This document shows, piece after piece, positions 39,293-49,239 of a stretch of DNA of 64,000 nt. A model generated the notes under the pieces. It saw only the letters and a list, made by a program, of their open reading frames with translations, was not told the DNA's origin and did no database searches. The position numbers and the translations under genes were made by a program. Positions within the stretch are counted from its first letter, which is position 1. Every line of letters begins with the position of its first letter. Source of the DNA: a virus (lineage: Duplodnaviria > Caudoviricetes); the IMG/VR virus record IMGVR_UViG_3300043434_000734, positions 64,001-128,000 of that record. One strand, written 5' to 3'.

Positions 39293-40072
39293 ATGAAAAA
39301 TATAACAGTATTATTACCGGTACACACAATCGAGGGAAGTTATGAAGAAATGTTAAACAATGCGGTTAAATCCGTTGAAGATTTTCACAACGACGTGATT
39401 CTTTCAATTGTTTGTCCAAAAAACGTTGCAGATAACTTAGGTACACTATCGGATAAATTAGAAATTAAAATTGTGATTAATGAAGGTCAAACTGATTTTT
39501 GTTCACAAATTAATTTAGGTATAGACAAATGTGAAACTGAGTGGTTTACAATTTTAGAAATTGACGATGAATTTAAATCAGTTTGGTTAAAAACTGTAAA
39601 TCAATATACTAAGGCAAATACCGATGTGGACGTATTTTTACCAATAGTTCGTGACATTAATGAAGAAGGTAAGTTTATTTCATTTACAAATGAATCTGCT
39701 TGGGCTTATGGATTCACGGAAAAACAAGGTTTTATTGATAATGAAGTTTTATTAGATTTTCAAAATTACCAAATTAGTGGTGGATTATATAAAACGTCTG
39801 TCATCAAAGAAAATGGTTCCTTAAAAGAAAATATTAAATTGACCTTTGGTTATGAATTCTTATTGAGATTAACACATAATGGTGTTAAAGTAATGACAAT
39901 GCCAAAGATTGGATATCAACACCTTAACTTTAGAGAAGATTCATTATTTTGGAGTTATAAAAATAATGAGACAACTAAATTGACCGAAGACGAAGTTAAG
40001 TTTTGGTTAGAGGCGGCGAAGAAAGAGTTTTTCTTCAAAAATAAACGAGATGTAAATTATGAAGTAGTTTAA
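39293..40072 (+). CDS. Glycosyltransferase family 2 (GT-A fold)
   Basis: ITVLLPVH..QINLGIDKCETEWFTILEIDDE..EFLLRL..GYQH. Confidence 0.85.
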   Translation: MKNITVLLPVHTIEGSYEEMLNNAVKSVEDFHNDVILSIVCPKNVADNLGTLSDKLEIKIVINEGQTDFCSQINLGIDKCETEWFTILEIDDEFKSVWLKTVNQYTKANTDVDVFLPIVRDINEEGKFISFTNESAWAYGFTEKQGFIDNEVLLDFQNYQISGGLYKTSVIKENGSLKENIKLTFGYEFLLRLTHNGVKVMTMPKIGYQHLNFREDSLFWSYKNNETTKLTEDEVKFWLEAAKKEFFFKNKRDVNYEVV

Positions 40073-40770
40073 TGCCAAGACCAAGAACCCAAAAGATATA
40101 CTTTGGGGAGGATCAAGAACAAGCGGTAGTACGATATTTAGAGTCCGAATCCGATGATGAAAGAAATAAGATATTCAATGAATATTTAAGAGAACCCCTA
40201 ATTATAATGGTCGAATCAATTATTCGACGTTATAAATTATACAGAAAAGATATGGAATTCGAGGAAATCCATACAGATACTATGTCTTTTCTAATTACGA
40301 AAATTAATAAATTCGACCATACTAAAAACACCAAGGCCTATTCGTATTTTGGTACCATTTGTAAGAATTATCTTATGGGGGCAATACAAAAAGATACGAA
40401 AGAACAAAATCGAAGTGTGTCGTATGATGACATTTCTTCCGATATGGAAGAGAGTCCACATTTATCATATGTCATCGATGAACACGTGATTGATTATCGA
40501 GATGTTATAATAAAACTCACGATGAATTTAGAGGATTTTGTTGAAAATCAAAACCTTACAGATAACGAGAGAAAATTAGGATATGCCTTACTTGAAATTT
40601 TCAGTAATTTCGATAAAATTTTTCAAGTCGGCGACGGTAATAAATTTAACAAAAACCTGATTTTACTCTCATTAAGAGAAATGACATCACTATCAACCAA
40701 AGAAATACGAGTTTCATTAAAACGATTCAAAAAGTTATATGACGGTATTTTAGGTGGATTTTTAGAATAA
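40072..40770 (+). CDS. Phage sigma70-like RNA polymerase sigma factor
   Basis: KINKFD..KAYSYFGTICKNYL (region 2-like); C-terminal LREMTSLSTKEIRVSLKRFK HTH-like. Confidence 0.65.
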   Translation: MPRPRTQKIYFGEDQEQAVVRYLESESDDERNKIFNEYLREPLIIMVESIIRRYKLYRKDMEFEEIHTDTMSFLITKINKFDHTKNTKAYSYFGTICKNYLMGAIQKDTKEQNRSVSYDDISSDMEESPHLSYVIDEHVIDYRDVIIKLTMNLEDFVENQNLTDNERKLGYALLEIFSNFDKIFQVGDGNKFNKNLILLSLREMTSLSTKEIRVSLKRFKKLYDGILGGFLE

Positions 40771-40784
40771 ATCTATTTATAGGT

Positions 40785-41165
40785 ATGAGAGAAAGAAAAA
40801 ACAATATTACTTTAGATGTTGACTCTGCATTAGCATTGATGCAGGAAATATACAACGATGTTGTTGAAAACAGAAACACTGCGTCAATCATTATGAAAAA
40901 GATGATGAGTTTTATGAAAGACGCTGAGGATATGAGTGTTATTGGTCCTGTCATTAAAGAACAACAAAAAATTCTAAACGATTGTACTGAAAAGAAAATT
41001 TCGTTAGTTAAACTGCAAGGAGCATTGTTAAAACAGACGCAAGGTACTGGTAACGGTAAGGGAGGACCAATGGGTAAATTAAGTCTTTCTGATGAAGATT
41101 TAGATTTAATTGACAAATTGGTTAAACACGACCAAGATAAGAAAAGTGATAATTATATACTATAA
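40785..41165 (+). CDS. Hypothetical helical protein
   Basis: 126 aa, preceded by TATTTATA. Confidence 0.7.
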   Translation: MRERKNNITLDVDSALALMQEIYNDVVENRNTASIIMKKMMSFMKDAEDMSVIGPVIKEQQKILNDCTEKKISLVKLQGALLKQTQGTGNGKGGPMGKLSLSDEDLDLIDKLVKHDQDKKSDNYIL

Positions 41166-43114
41166 TGAGTGTTAAAGATACCATCTCAAAACTTAAGGCA
41201 AAAATTGATGTCATTCAGAAAACTTCGGATGACAATAGGAAAGATCTTGAGAAAAAAATAAATGAGATGGACTTTAGTGGTTTACCTGACTTTAATAAAA
41301 AAGGTAAACGTTTGGAAGGTTTAAAATCTAAAAAAAAGAATACAAAGTTAAAAAAACAAAATGACAAAAACATTTTTGAAGAGTTAATTAGTGTATTTGA
41401 TAAAATTTTAGAATCCGGTCGTAAGGTTGAAGAAGTAGGGATTAATCAATCCAATCAAAGATTGAAACAACACGTTTTAGATTCAATCGAGGTAACTCGA
41501 CACTCCGCAAGACAAATCGTGATGGATTGTGTTAAAGATGCGTTTTTTGCCAACGACGGTATTTGCGGAGGTAATTCTGTATTATCGGGTTCTACTATGG
41601 ACTCCGTTAATATAAGTCCCAAGGAAATTGATTTCTTAAATATGTTAAGAGTTGACCCTAAAAGTGACTACGGTAAAATAATGTATGAATTACCTAAAAT
41701 AGTTAATAACAAAGAAAAAGTTAATTTAGGACTATACAACGCGTTTACTTCTCCGTATTATCAATACGACACCCCAAGTAATAAAACATTGTTCAGAGCA
41801 ACTTGGAAGCCCGAAAATCAATGGTTTGAACTTACTGGTTTAACTCAAGGACCAAGTTTTGGTCAATATGGTACTGTTAATGTTTATGATTTTTTTAACG
41901 ATTATTACTCAAATATTGAAATGCCTAATTTGGGTCATATCATTAAAAATGCTATGTTATTAACACTTAAGGCTTGTGATATTACTGCGGATAAAAACGG
42001 TATATCAGTTGGAGGTAATGTAACGGGAATGGACTCTTCATTAAATTGGGATTCATCTTTAGATGAAGCAATTAATAATTTAGAAAGAATGATAAATAAA
42101 ATTTTTGCATTCTGTAATAATAACGGTAACCCTGGACTCAAAGTTCAAAATGCGTCTAAGTTATTTAATGAAAATGAAGAAAACCAAGATTTTTATTTTG
42201 ATTTTGACGATGTTGAAGGTATCGATTTAGAAGATGAGGACGCTAGACGTAGAAAAGTTTTGAGATTTAAAGATTGTAATAATTATGAGGTCCCGTATAA
42301 TCCGAGTCATATGGAAGATTTTGTTTATTTGGAGAACCGAATCAATAATCGAGATTGGATTGACGGTGCACTAAATAAAGCGGCGTCCGACGCATATGAA
42401 CAATCTGATTTTAGTATCGATTTACCTAGTTTTAAAATTTCATTAAATCTATCATTTATTATTAATTTACCTAAGGCGTTGGTTATGAGTATAATATCAC
42501 CAAAAATGTTTATACCGATTGTTGCAATTTATAAATTATTTGCGGCAACGTCTAAAGACGTAATTGTAGATGTTAAAGTTCTAATGAAAAAATTAAAGAA
42601 ATTATTTCTGTGTATTATCGATAAGTTATTTTGGAAATTCATTAGAGAATTTTGGAAAAGAGTTAAGGCAGATTTAAAAAACTTCTTAGAAAAAGTAATT
42701 AAAAGAATCTTAAGAGAAAAATTAAAAAGGTATTATATTGTAATTGCAGCCTTGGTTGCACTACTTAAAAAAATAATTGAGGACGGTATTGACAATTGCC
42801 AAGATTTATTTGAGGCAATATCGATGGCGATAGATGCTGCGTTGGATGCGTCAGGTGGTCTATCGATACCATTTCCGTTATTATCATTAGCGGGTGCTTT
42901 ACCTGGATTTAGTTCAGTAAAAACACATATGGATACTGTTGAAAGAATGTCTAAAATGGGTATACCTACAGGTGACGTTAATGGAGAGGCAAATTATCAC
43001 TTATTATCACACGCAGCAGCAACCGAATCTATGGGGATGGCGTTAAGTAAGGCACCGATTATTGTTGCAACAACATTTAGTGGATTACCGTCATATGGAT
43101 TATTAAAACCTTAA
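41165..43114 (+). CDS. Hypothetical structural protein (649 aa)
   Basis: Long ORF translationally coupled to the upstream gene, in the spike operon. Confidence 0.7.
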   Translation: MSVKDTISKLKAKIDVIQKTSDDNRKDLEKKINEMDFSGLPDFNKKGKRLEGLKSKKKNTKLKKQNDKNIFEELISVFDKILESGRKVEEVGINQSNQRLKQHVLDSIEVTRHSARQIVMDCVKDAFFANDGICGGNSVLSGSTMDSVNISPKEIDFLNMLRVDPKSDYGKIMYELPKIVNNKEKVNLGLYNAFTSPYYQYDTPSNKTLFRATWKPENQWFELTGLTQGPSFGQYGTVNVYDFFNDYYSNIEMPNLGHIIKNAMLLTLKACDITADKNGISVGGNVTGMDSSLNWDSSLDEAINNLERMINKIFAFCNNNGNPGLKVQNASKLFNENEENQDFYFDFDDVEGIDLEDEDARRRKVLRFKDCNNYEVPYNPSHMEDFVYLENRINNRDWIDGALNKAASDAYEQSDFSIDLPSFKISLNLSFIINLPKALVMSIISPKMFIPIVAIYKLFAATSKDVIVDVKVLMKKLKKLFLCIIDKLFWKFIREFWKRVKADLKNFLEKVIKRILREKLKRYYIVIAALVALLKKIIEDGIDNCQDLFEAISMAIDAALDASGGLSIPFPLLSLAGALPGFSSVKTHMDTVERMSKMGIPTGDVNGEANYHLLSHAAATESMGMALSKAPIIVATTFSGLPSYGLLKP

Positions 43115-43116
43115 AA

Positions 43117-43320
43117 ATGGAAAGTAAAAAATTAATAGAAATAGCCGAAGATGTTGAAAATAAATCAAATAACGATTTATTAACAGTGGCAAATGAGTTA
43201 TACGAAGAATTTGAAAGTACTAAACAATTAATTGTGGATTTAACCAGACATTTAGACGGTGTAGAAAGTTTATATAATAAGGTTAATAAGGAAATAAAAA
43301 AAAGAATAGAAGGTAAATGA
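43117..43320 (+). CDS. Small coiled-coil protein
   Basis: 67-aa operonic ORF. Confidence 0.6.
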   Translation: MESKKLIEIAEDVENKSNNDLLTVANELYEEFESTKQLIVDLTRHLDGVESLYNKVNKEIKKRIEGK

Positions 43321-44852
43321 AGATAGTAGATATTGGTAAATGTATTGACAATGTTGACCCAAAGGGAATGGGTAGAATACGTGTTAAACGTTACAACGAT
43401 ATGGGTGGTCAGATTGAAAATGCAATAGATTATGAACCTTGGAGTGAACGTGATTTATTTGTTGCTTCACCATTTTTACCAACAAATATTAATTTCATAC
43501 CTGAAATTAATCAATCGGTTAAAATTATCACATACAATACCGAAAAAAGTACTGTCAACGTTGAATACATTGCTGGTCCGTTTACAACGATGTATGATTA
43601 TCATTCTCAGACATTTTCACAACAAGTTACTAACACAACATACGGTAATAGTGTAAAAATAAAACCGGCAATTCGTAATTCAAATGGTCAATATATTAAC
43701 GATAAATCTGAAAATGTATTTGCAAATGAAACTGATTATGCAATATATGGTAAATTTGGGTCCGATCTTTTATTTACGGAAAACGGATTACAATTAAGAG
43801 GAGGTAAATTACTTTCAAAAGAGGCGGCAAGTGAATTAAACAGACAAACAATGGTCGATTATCCATTGTTGGCAAAAAAAGCTGCTAAAATTTATCTAAA
43901 GAAATTTCCTAAAAAAATGACTTTAGATAGTAAGGTGGTTAAAAAAACTGTAGTTGAGAATAAAGACTTATCATACATTGTTGAGTATGAAGTTAATAAT
44001 GTTTCACCAACAACCGGAAATACGTCCACGATTAGTTTTTATGTTTATAAAGTGACAAATCCAAATGGTGACACATTTAAAACTAATTTTTTTACCGAAT
44101 TTTCAAGTGCACCTAATTCTTCAGTTAAATTAATTAATATAGATAACAGCAGTTCAACACCAACATTTCAAATTACCGGTGTTACAGATGTGAGTGATGT
44201 GTATCGTGAGATTAGAGATAAAATCTATAATTTGCACGAAAAAGGATTAAAAGGTTTTGATTTTTTATATGATATTGCCGATTTACCTGAAGACATACAC
44301 CCATTCTTTTTTAGACCGACTAATGTTTTTAAAAATAAAACTTATACGAACACAGGTGAAACCTTTAATAAGAAAGTAATTTTAAGAAACATTAACGTTA
44401 GACGGATTGGACCATCAAGTGGTTTGATTTGGTCGAAAGAAAAGGCAAGAATTGAATCGAAAGAAATTGAAAGTGTCGAAGAATATATAAAATTAGACCC
44501 TAATAGTCCCGAACAAACATTTGGTGCAATAACTGCGGATAAGGTTTATTTATTATCCACCGATTTGGGTGATAACGACACTTCAACACCTGTTCCATTT
44601 TTAGATTTAAATGGGTACGATTATAAACAAGAAGATTATATAAATCTAATTGAACCTAATACATTTTCGACGGTTAGAGGTGAAAACCTTATTGCCGTTT
44701 TAGAGGCTATTATTAAAGTTCTTTATTCACACGTACACAATCCCTTAATGCCTATTTCAGGACAATCTGATTATCAAGATGGTAACTCATTATTAAACTT
44801 AGTTAAAACGTTAGAAAATGACATTTTAAATAAATCGATTAGAATCAACTAA
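43317..44852 (+). CDS. Baseplate central spike (gp5/gpV-like OB fold)
   Basis: GKCIDNVDPKGMGRIRV..FLP..NFIPEINQSVKI OB-fold; YGKFGSDLLF; C-terminal VRGENL..SHVHN. Confidence 0.75.
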   Translation: MKIVDIGKCIDNVDPKGMGRIRVKRYNDMGGQIENAIDYEPWSERDLFVASPFLPTNINFIPEINQSVKIITYNTEKSTVNVEYIAGPFTTMYDYHSQTFSQQVTNTTYGNSVKIKPAIRNSNGQYINDKSENVFANETDYAIYGKFGSDLLFTENGLQLRGGKLLSKEAASELNRQTMVDYPLLAKKAAKIYLKKFPKKMTLDSKVVKKTVVENKDLSYIVEYEVNNVSPTTGNTSTISFYVYKVTNPNGDTFKTNFFTEFSSAPNSSVKLINIDNSSSTPTFQITGVTDVSDVYREIRDKIYNLHEKGLKGFDFLYDIADLPEDIHPFFFRPTNVFKNKTYTNTGETFNKKVILRNINVRRIGPSSGLIWSKEKARIESKEIESVEEYIKLDPNSPEQTFGAITADKVYLLSTDLGDNDTSTPVPFLDLNGYDYKQEDYINLIEPNTFSTVRGENLIAVLEAIIKVLYSHVHNPLMPISGQSDYQDGNSLLNLVKTLENDILNKSIRIN

Positions 44853-44876
44853 TTTGATATTTATTAATAAAAAGAG

Positions 44877-46247
44877 ATGTCATATTTCCGTTCATATTTC
44901 GAAAAAAATAATACGATAATCAAGGATTCCTTGGTTAACACTGCCAAAAACCCAACCACTGAGATTTTTTATGGTACGGGATTTTCTAAATTCTTATTTA
45001 AAATTGATTTCACCGATTTATTAAGTAAAGTAAATAATGGTGAATATGTGATTGATGAGAATACAAAACACACATTAAATTTAACAAATTGTATTTTTGG
45101 TGATGAAGGTTTTAAAGGTCAAAACCGCGCAACGAGTAGGGATAGGGCAACGTCATTTGATTTAATTTTATTTAAAGTACCTGAATTTTGGGATGAGGGT
45201 GTGGGATTCGATTATTCCGACGATGGATTTGATTATACGAGGGGAAATAAAACATACGACCAGAGACCATCGAATTGGTACAATAGAACAACAACTAACA
45301 CTTGGACTGATGTTGGTGTTTATACCACATCTCCTGAGATTATTTCAACAATAAGTTTTGACAATGGAAATGAAAATATAAACGTTGATATAACCGATTA
45401 CGTAAATGGTATTTTAACAGGCGATACTGATAATGGATTAGGGTTGGCTTTTAGTTTAATATTTGAATTACTATCACCTGATAATGACCAATCCGTTTCA
45501 TTTTTTACAAAATACACACAAACATTCTTTGAACCTTTTGTTGAGTCATTTTTTGATGATAGAATAGAAGATAATAGAAGTCAATTTGCGGTAAATATAA
45601 GTCAAAATTTATACTTATACGTAACCAAGGGAGGTAACTTTTATGATTTAGATACTTTACCTACAGTGGATATCACTGATTCGTTAAATAATCCAATATT
45701 TGGTTTAGATGAACTATTTGTCACAAAAGTTAAAAAGGGTGTGTATAAAGTGTCATTTGGAATACCGATTAATCTTTGTGACGGTAAAAAATTCTATTAT
45801 GATAATTGGTATAATTTAAATATTGATGGGGTTTCGATACCTAACGTCACACAAAAATTTGTACCTAAACCTTATACATCACAATATACGATTGGTACAA
45901 ATCAAACTGAGATAGAACGTTATAAAATACAATTCTTTGGGGTAAAACAAAATGAAAAGATTAAACGAGGTGAAAAGAGAAAAATTGTAGTTTTATTTAA
46001 ATCTATTAATGACCCTAAAACGGTATTATTTAATGAGGTATATTATCGAATGTATATTAAGGAAGGTAGAACTAATGTTACAATACACGATTGGACCCAA
46101 GTGGATATGACAAATGAAAATTCATTTACTTTGGATACGTCAATCTATATCCCTAGAGAATATTTTATTGAAATTAAAGGTAAAACTCACAATGAGGAAA
46201 TATTCTATAACAACGAGATTCAATTTGAAATTATCTCGGAAAAGTAA
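44877..46247 (+). CDS. Putative structural protein with beta-sandwich domains
   Basis: 456 aa; FDNGNENINVDITDYV..FFTKYTQTFFEPFVE; late motif upstream. Confidence 0.55.
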   Translation: MSYFRSYFEKNNTIIKDSLVNTAKNPTTEIFYGTGFSKFLFKIDFTDLLSKVNNGEYVIDENTKHTLNLTNCIFGDEGFKGQNRATSRDRATSFDLILFKVPEFWDEGVGFDYSDDGFDYTRGNKTYDQRPSNWYNRTTTNTWTDVGVYTTSPEIISTISFDNGNENINVDITDYVNGILTGDTDNGLGLAFSLIFELLSPDNDQSVSFFTKYTQTFFEPFVESFFDDRIEDNRSQFAVNISQNLYLYVTKGGNFYDLDTLPTVDITDSLNNPIFGLDELFVTKVKKGVYKVSFGIPINLCDGKKFYYDNWYNLNIDGVSIPNVTQKFVPKPYTSQYTIGTNQTEIERYKIQFFGVKQNEKIKRGEKRKIVVLFKSINDPKTVLFNEVYYRMYIKEGRTNVTIHDWTQVDMTNENSFTLDTSIYIPREYFIEIKGKTHNEEIFYNNEIQFEIISEK

Positions 46248-46260
46248 ACTATTTATAACA

Positions 46261-46866
46261 ATGGAATTAAATGAATTAATTAAAAAACACTTAAAATCTA
46301 TCGTTAAAGAAAACGAAGATAACGGTGGTAACTATATGTTCTTTAGTAATTTAGAACAAATCAAAAGACAATGTGATTTATTATTGAGTTTCGACCAAAA
46401 TATGATAAATCAGTTGTTAAATAATGGTCACGATTGGGCTGATGATCACATATCGACAGCAAAAGAAAATATGGACCAAGTATTCGACTTCATAATGAAT
46501 GAAAAAGAGAAGGGTTCTTCCCAAGAGGGTGATATGAATGAAGAATGTTGGAAAGGTTATAAACAAGTTGGTGGTAAAGTAAAAAACGGTAAAAACGTTC
46601 CAAATTGTGTACCAACAAATGAAGCAAATAACCCTACACAACAGGCGGCAATTGCCATCAATATGAAGAAAAAAGGTGTTGAACCTAAAAATGAATCTGA
46701 GGGAGAAATTAATGAAAGTAAAAATAAACCGACTAATCCAAAATTATGGGCTCAATGTTTAGCGTGGGCCAGGTCAAAATATGACGTTTGTCCAAGTGCT
46801 TATTGTAATGGTGCTGCGGCTAAACGGTACAAATCTAAAGGTGGTGGATGGAGAAAAGAAAAATAA
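46261..46866 (+). CDS. Basic modular protein (DUF5872-like C-terminus)
   Basis: Start MELNELIKK at 46261; CWKGYKQVG..VPNCVP; KPTNPKLW..PSAYCNGAAAKRYKSKGGGW. Confidence 0.6.
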   Translation: MELNELIKKHLKSIVKENEDNGGNYMFFSNLEQIKRQCDLLLSFDQNMINQLLNNGHDWADDHISTAKENMDQVFDFIMNEKEKGSSQEGDMNEECWKGYKQVGGKVKNGKNVPNCVPTNEANNPTQQAAIAINMKKKGVEPKNESEGEINESKNKPTNPKLWAQCLAWARSKYDVCPSAYCNGAAAKRYKSKGGGWRKEK

Positions 46867-46867
46867 T

Positions 46868-47629
46868 ATGAATATTATAGTATCTAAAGAAGATAAAGAT
46901 TATATTAACGAATGTCTTGAATCAGGTGAAGTTTTGAAAGAAGATTTAAGAAGATGGTTTAAAGAAAAATGGGTTGACGTTAGTAGAAAGGTAAAAGGAA
47001 AACACCCTCCTTGTGGAAGAAAAGATGCCAACGGTAAATCATATCCTAAATGTAGACCATCAAAAAAAGTATCGAAGGAAACACCAAAAGTTGCATCTTC
47101 ATATGACAAAAAAGAAAAAAGGGCAATGACAAGTCAAAAAAGAAGAGCCGAAAAAAAAGAACCTAAAGTGGGTAAAGGTAATAAACCTACTATGACACAC
47201 TTTGATGAACAAAACAATAGTTTAAAACGTAAAAATATGATTATATCAATCACAGAAGAACAATTTCAAAGATTATTTGAATTTAATGAAGAAACACCCG
47301 TTTTAATATATGAAGATGAATATGGTTCCGTTGAAAAAACAAACTTCGAATCTAATAATATGTTAAACGAGGCCGAATATCAAGGACGTAAAGTACAACT
47401 TGGTAAAATAATGCAAGGTGATGTTAAGAAATTTAAAGTTTACGTTAAAAACGATAAAGGTAAGGTTGTAAAGGTGAACTTTGGGTTTGGTGGAAAGTCC
47501 GCTAAAGGTAAAAGAATGGTTATCAAAAAGAACAACCCTAAAAGACGTAAATCATTTAGGGCTCGTATGAATTGTGATAATCCGGGCCCTCGTTGGAAAC
47601 CGAGATATTGGGCTTGTAAAACTTGGTAA
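46868..47629 (+). CDS. Basic modular protein (LRRWFKEKWVD module plus DUF6321-like module)
   Basis: Start MNIIVSKE at 46868; LRRWFKEKWVDV..CGR..YPKCRP; VKVNFG..RRKSFRARMNC..RYWACKTW. Confidence 0.6.
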   Translation: MNIIVSKEDKDYINECLESGEVLKEDLRRWFKEKWVDVSRKVKGKHPPCGRKDANGKSYPKCRPSKKVSKETPKVASSYDKKEKRAMTSQKRRAEKKEPKVGKGNKPTMTHFDEQNNSLKRKNMIISITEEQFQRLFEFNEETPVLIYEDEYGSVEKTNFESNNMLNEAEYQGRKVQLGKIMQGDVKKFKVYVKNDKGKVVKVNFGFGGKSAKGKRMVIKKNNPKRRKSFRARMNCDNPGPRWKPRYWACKTW

Positions 47630-47639
47630 AAAAATTAAT

Positions 47640-48413
47640 ATGAACTTACAAGAGAATATACAAAGAATTAAAGAAATGATGATTTCTGAGGAGATGGTAC
47701 AATCTGATGCTTGGAAATCACTAAAAAGCACGTTAGATATTCTTAAAACAAAGAAAAAAGTTTTACTATTAAGTTGTTCAAATAGACACAATTGGGATGA
47801 TGATAATATTGACATACCCAAGTCTAAAATGATTGCTATGTACCTTAATGAAGAATTGGGTAATAAATCGACCTTAATTGATGTATCCGAACTAAATATC
47901 GTTCCTTGTGAGGGTAATGTATCGAGAAAGGACGGTAACGGTTGTGGGGTTTTAAAATCCAAACTAAAAGATAAAGATAAAAACCCATCGGGTCAACATA
48001 GATGTTGGGCTAGTTTTAATAATCCAAAAGACGAACTTTGGAAAATAAGTAAAGAATTATTTGAATCGGACGTGGTTATATTTTTTAGCTCTATCAGATG
48101 GGGACAAACAAATATGTTTTATCAAAATCTAATTGAACGTTTAACTTGGATTGAAAATAGACACACAACATTAGGTGAATCTAATTTAGTTAAAGATATT
48201 GAGACAGGTTTTATTTGTGTGGGACAAAATTGGAATGGATCAAATGTAAACGATTTACAAAAGAAGGTACACGAATTCTACGGATTTAAAATAAATGATA
48301 AGTTATATTGGAATTGGCAGTATTCTAAAGATATGAATGATGAGACGGAAAAGTCATATAAAGATTCATATGTAAAATTTTTAAAGGACACTAAACTATC
48401 TGATTTTCAATAA
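47640..48413 (+). CDS. Flavodoxin-like NAD(P)H-dependent FMN reductase / iron-sulfur flavoprotein family
   Basis: KVLLLSCSNR..IDVSELNIVPCEG..ESDVVIFFSSIRWG..LIERL; start MNLQEN at 47640. Confidence 0.8.
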   Translation: MNLQENIQRIKEMMISEEMVQSDAWKSLKSTLDILKTKKKVLLLSCSNRHNWDDDNIDIPKSKMIAMYLNEELGNKSTLIDVSELNIVPCEGNVSRKDGNGCGVLKSKLKDKDKNPSGQHRCWASFNNPKDELWKISKELFESDVVIFFSSIRWGQTNMFYQNLIERLTWIENRHTTLGESNLVKDIETGFICVGQNWNGSNVNDLQKKVHEFYGFKINDKLYWNWQYSKDMNDETEKSYKDSYVKFLKDTKLSDFQ

Positions 48414-48847
48414 TAAATAACATTGATTCCACACTCACTCAGAAGTTGTTTGGCTTTACTTTGTGATTCTTCCCATTTTTCTTTATTTTTTGTGGTACAA
48501 ACCTCCTTACAATACACTGTCTTTATACCTGAATTAACAATTCCCCTTGCACAATCCATACAAGGTAATCCAGATGTTAAATAAATTGTTGAATTTTTAA
48601 GGGACACACCTTCTAATGCCGCGTTATAAATAGCATTACGTTCTGCGTGTTCTATCCAGAAGTATTTTTCAGGTCTTTCCTGACGTCCTTGTAATGAATC
48701 ATCTAAACCTCTTGGGAATGAATTATAACCCGTAGAAAGAACGTTATTACCTTCGCCCACAACTACTGCACCTATCTGTGTAGATTGGTCCTTAGATTTA
48801 AGTTTAACCACTTCTGCAATCTCTAAAAAATATCGTACCCAATCCAT
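48407..48847 (-). CDS. dCMP deaminase
   Basis: GYNSFPRG, HAERNAI, PCMDCARGIVNSGI; start MDWVRYF at 48847 coupled by TAATG. Confidence 0.93.
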   Translation of the reverse strand: MDWVRYFLEIAEVVKLKSKDQSTQIGAVVVGEGNNVLSTGYNSFPRGLDDSLQGRQERPEKYFWIEHAERNAIYNAALEGVSLKNSTIYLTSGLPCMDCARGIVNSGIKTVYCKEVCTTKNKEKWEESQSKAKQLLSECGINVIYY

Positions 48848-49161
48848 TATATTAATTTTTGTTTTGACCAATAATAAACTACTCCGTTAGCGAATCTCAT
48901 TAAATTTCTTGCCTCTTTTTTTAACATTAGGTTACCGGCTTGGATTAAATGTGAACGATTATGTAAATCAATCCCAATAACATACCCACCATCAAATTTT
49001 TCATATGTGGTTTCTTTTATCGGAATTTGATATTTCCCCTCATCATCGAGTTTTAACATCTTTATCATTTCGTCTTTTTTCGTCTTACATTCTATACCTC
49101 TAGAATATACTAACTTTTCTAAGACGTCTAACCTTAATTTACTGTAATCTACCTCGGCCAT
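48847..49161 (-). CDS. Hypothetical protein with SAP/HeH-like N-terminus
   Basis: YSKLRLDVLEKLVYSRGI...KKDEMIKML; start MAEVDY. Confidence 0.55.
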   Translation of the reverse strand: MAEVDYSKLRLDVLEKLVYSRGIECKTKKDEMIKMLKLDDEGKYQIPIKETTYEKFDGGYVIGIDLHNRSHLIQAGNLMLKKEARNLMRFANGVVYYWSKQKLI

Positions 49162-49164
49162 ATG

Positions 49165-49172
49165 CAAATATA
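49165..49172 (-). promoter_or_regulatory. Bacteroidota-type -7 promoter element TATATTTG
   Basis: Matches TAnnTTTG directly upstream of the 49161 start. Confidence 0.5.
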
Positions 49173-49190
49173 CTAAATTTTTGACAAATA

Positions 49191-49220
49191 AAAAACCCCC
49201 GTATTTCTACGAGGGTTTTT
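49191..49220 (-). terminator. Terminator after the major capsid gene
   Basis: AAAAACCCCCGTA-tttc-TACGAGGGTTTTT. Confidence 0.8.
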
Positions 49221-49239
49221 ATTATGATAAATCCTAAGA

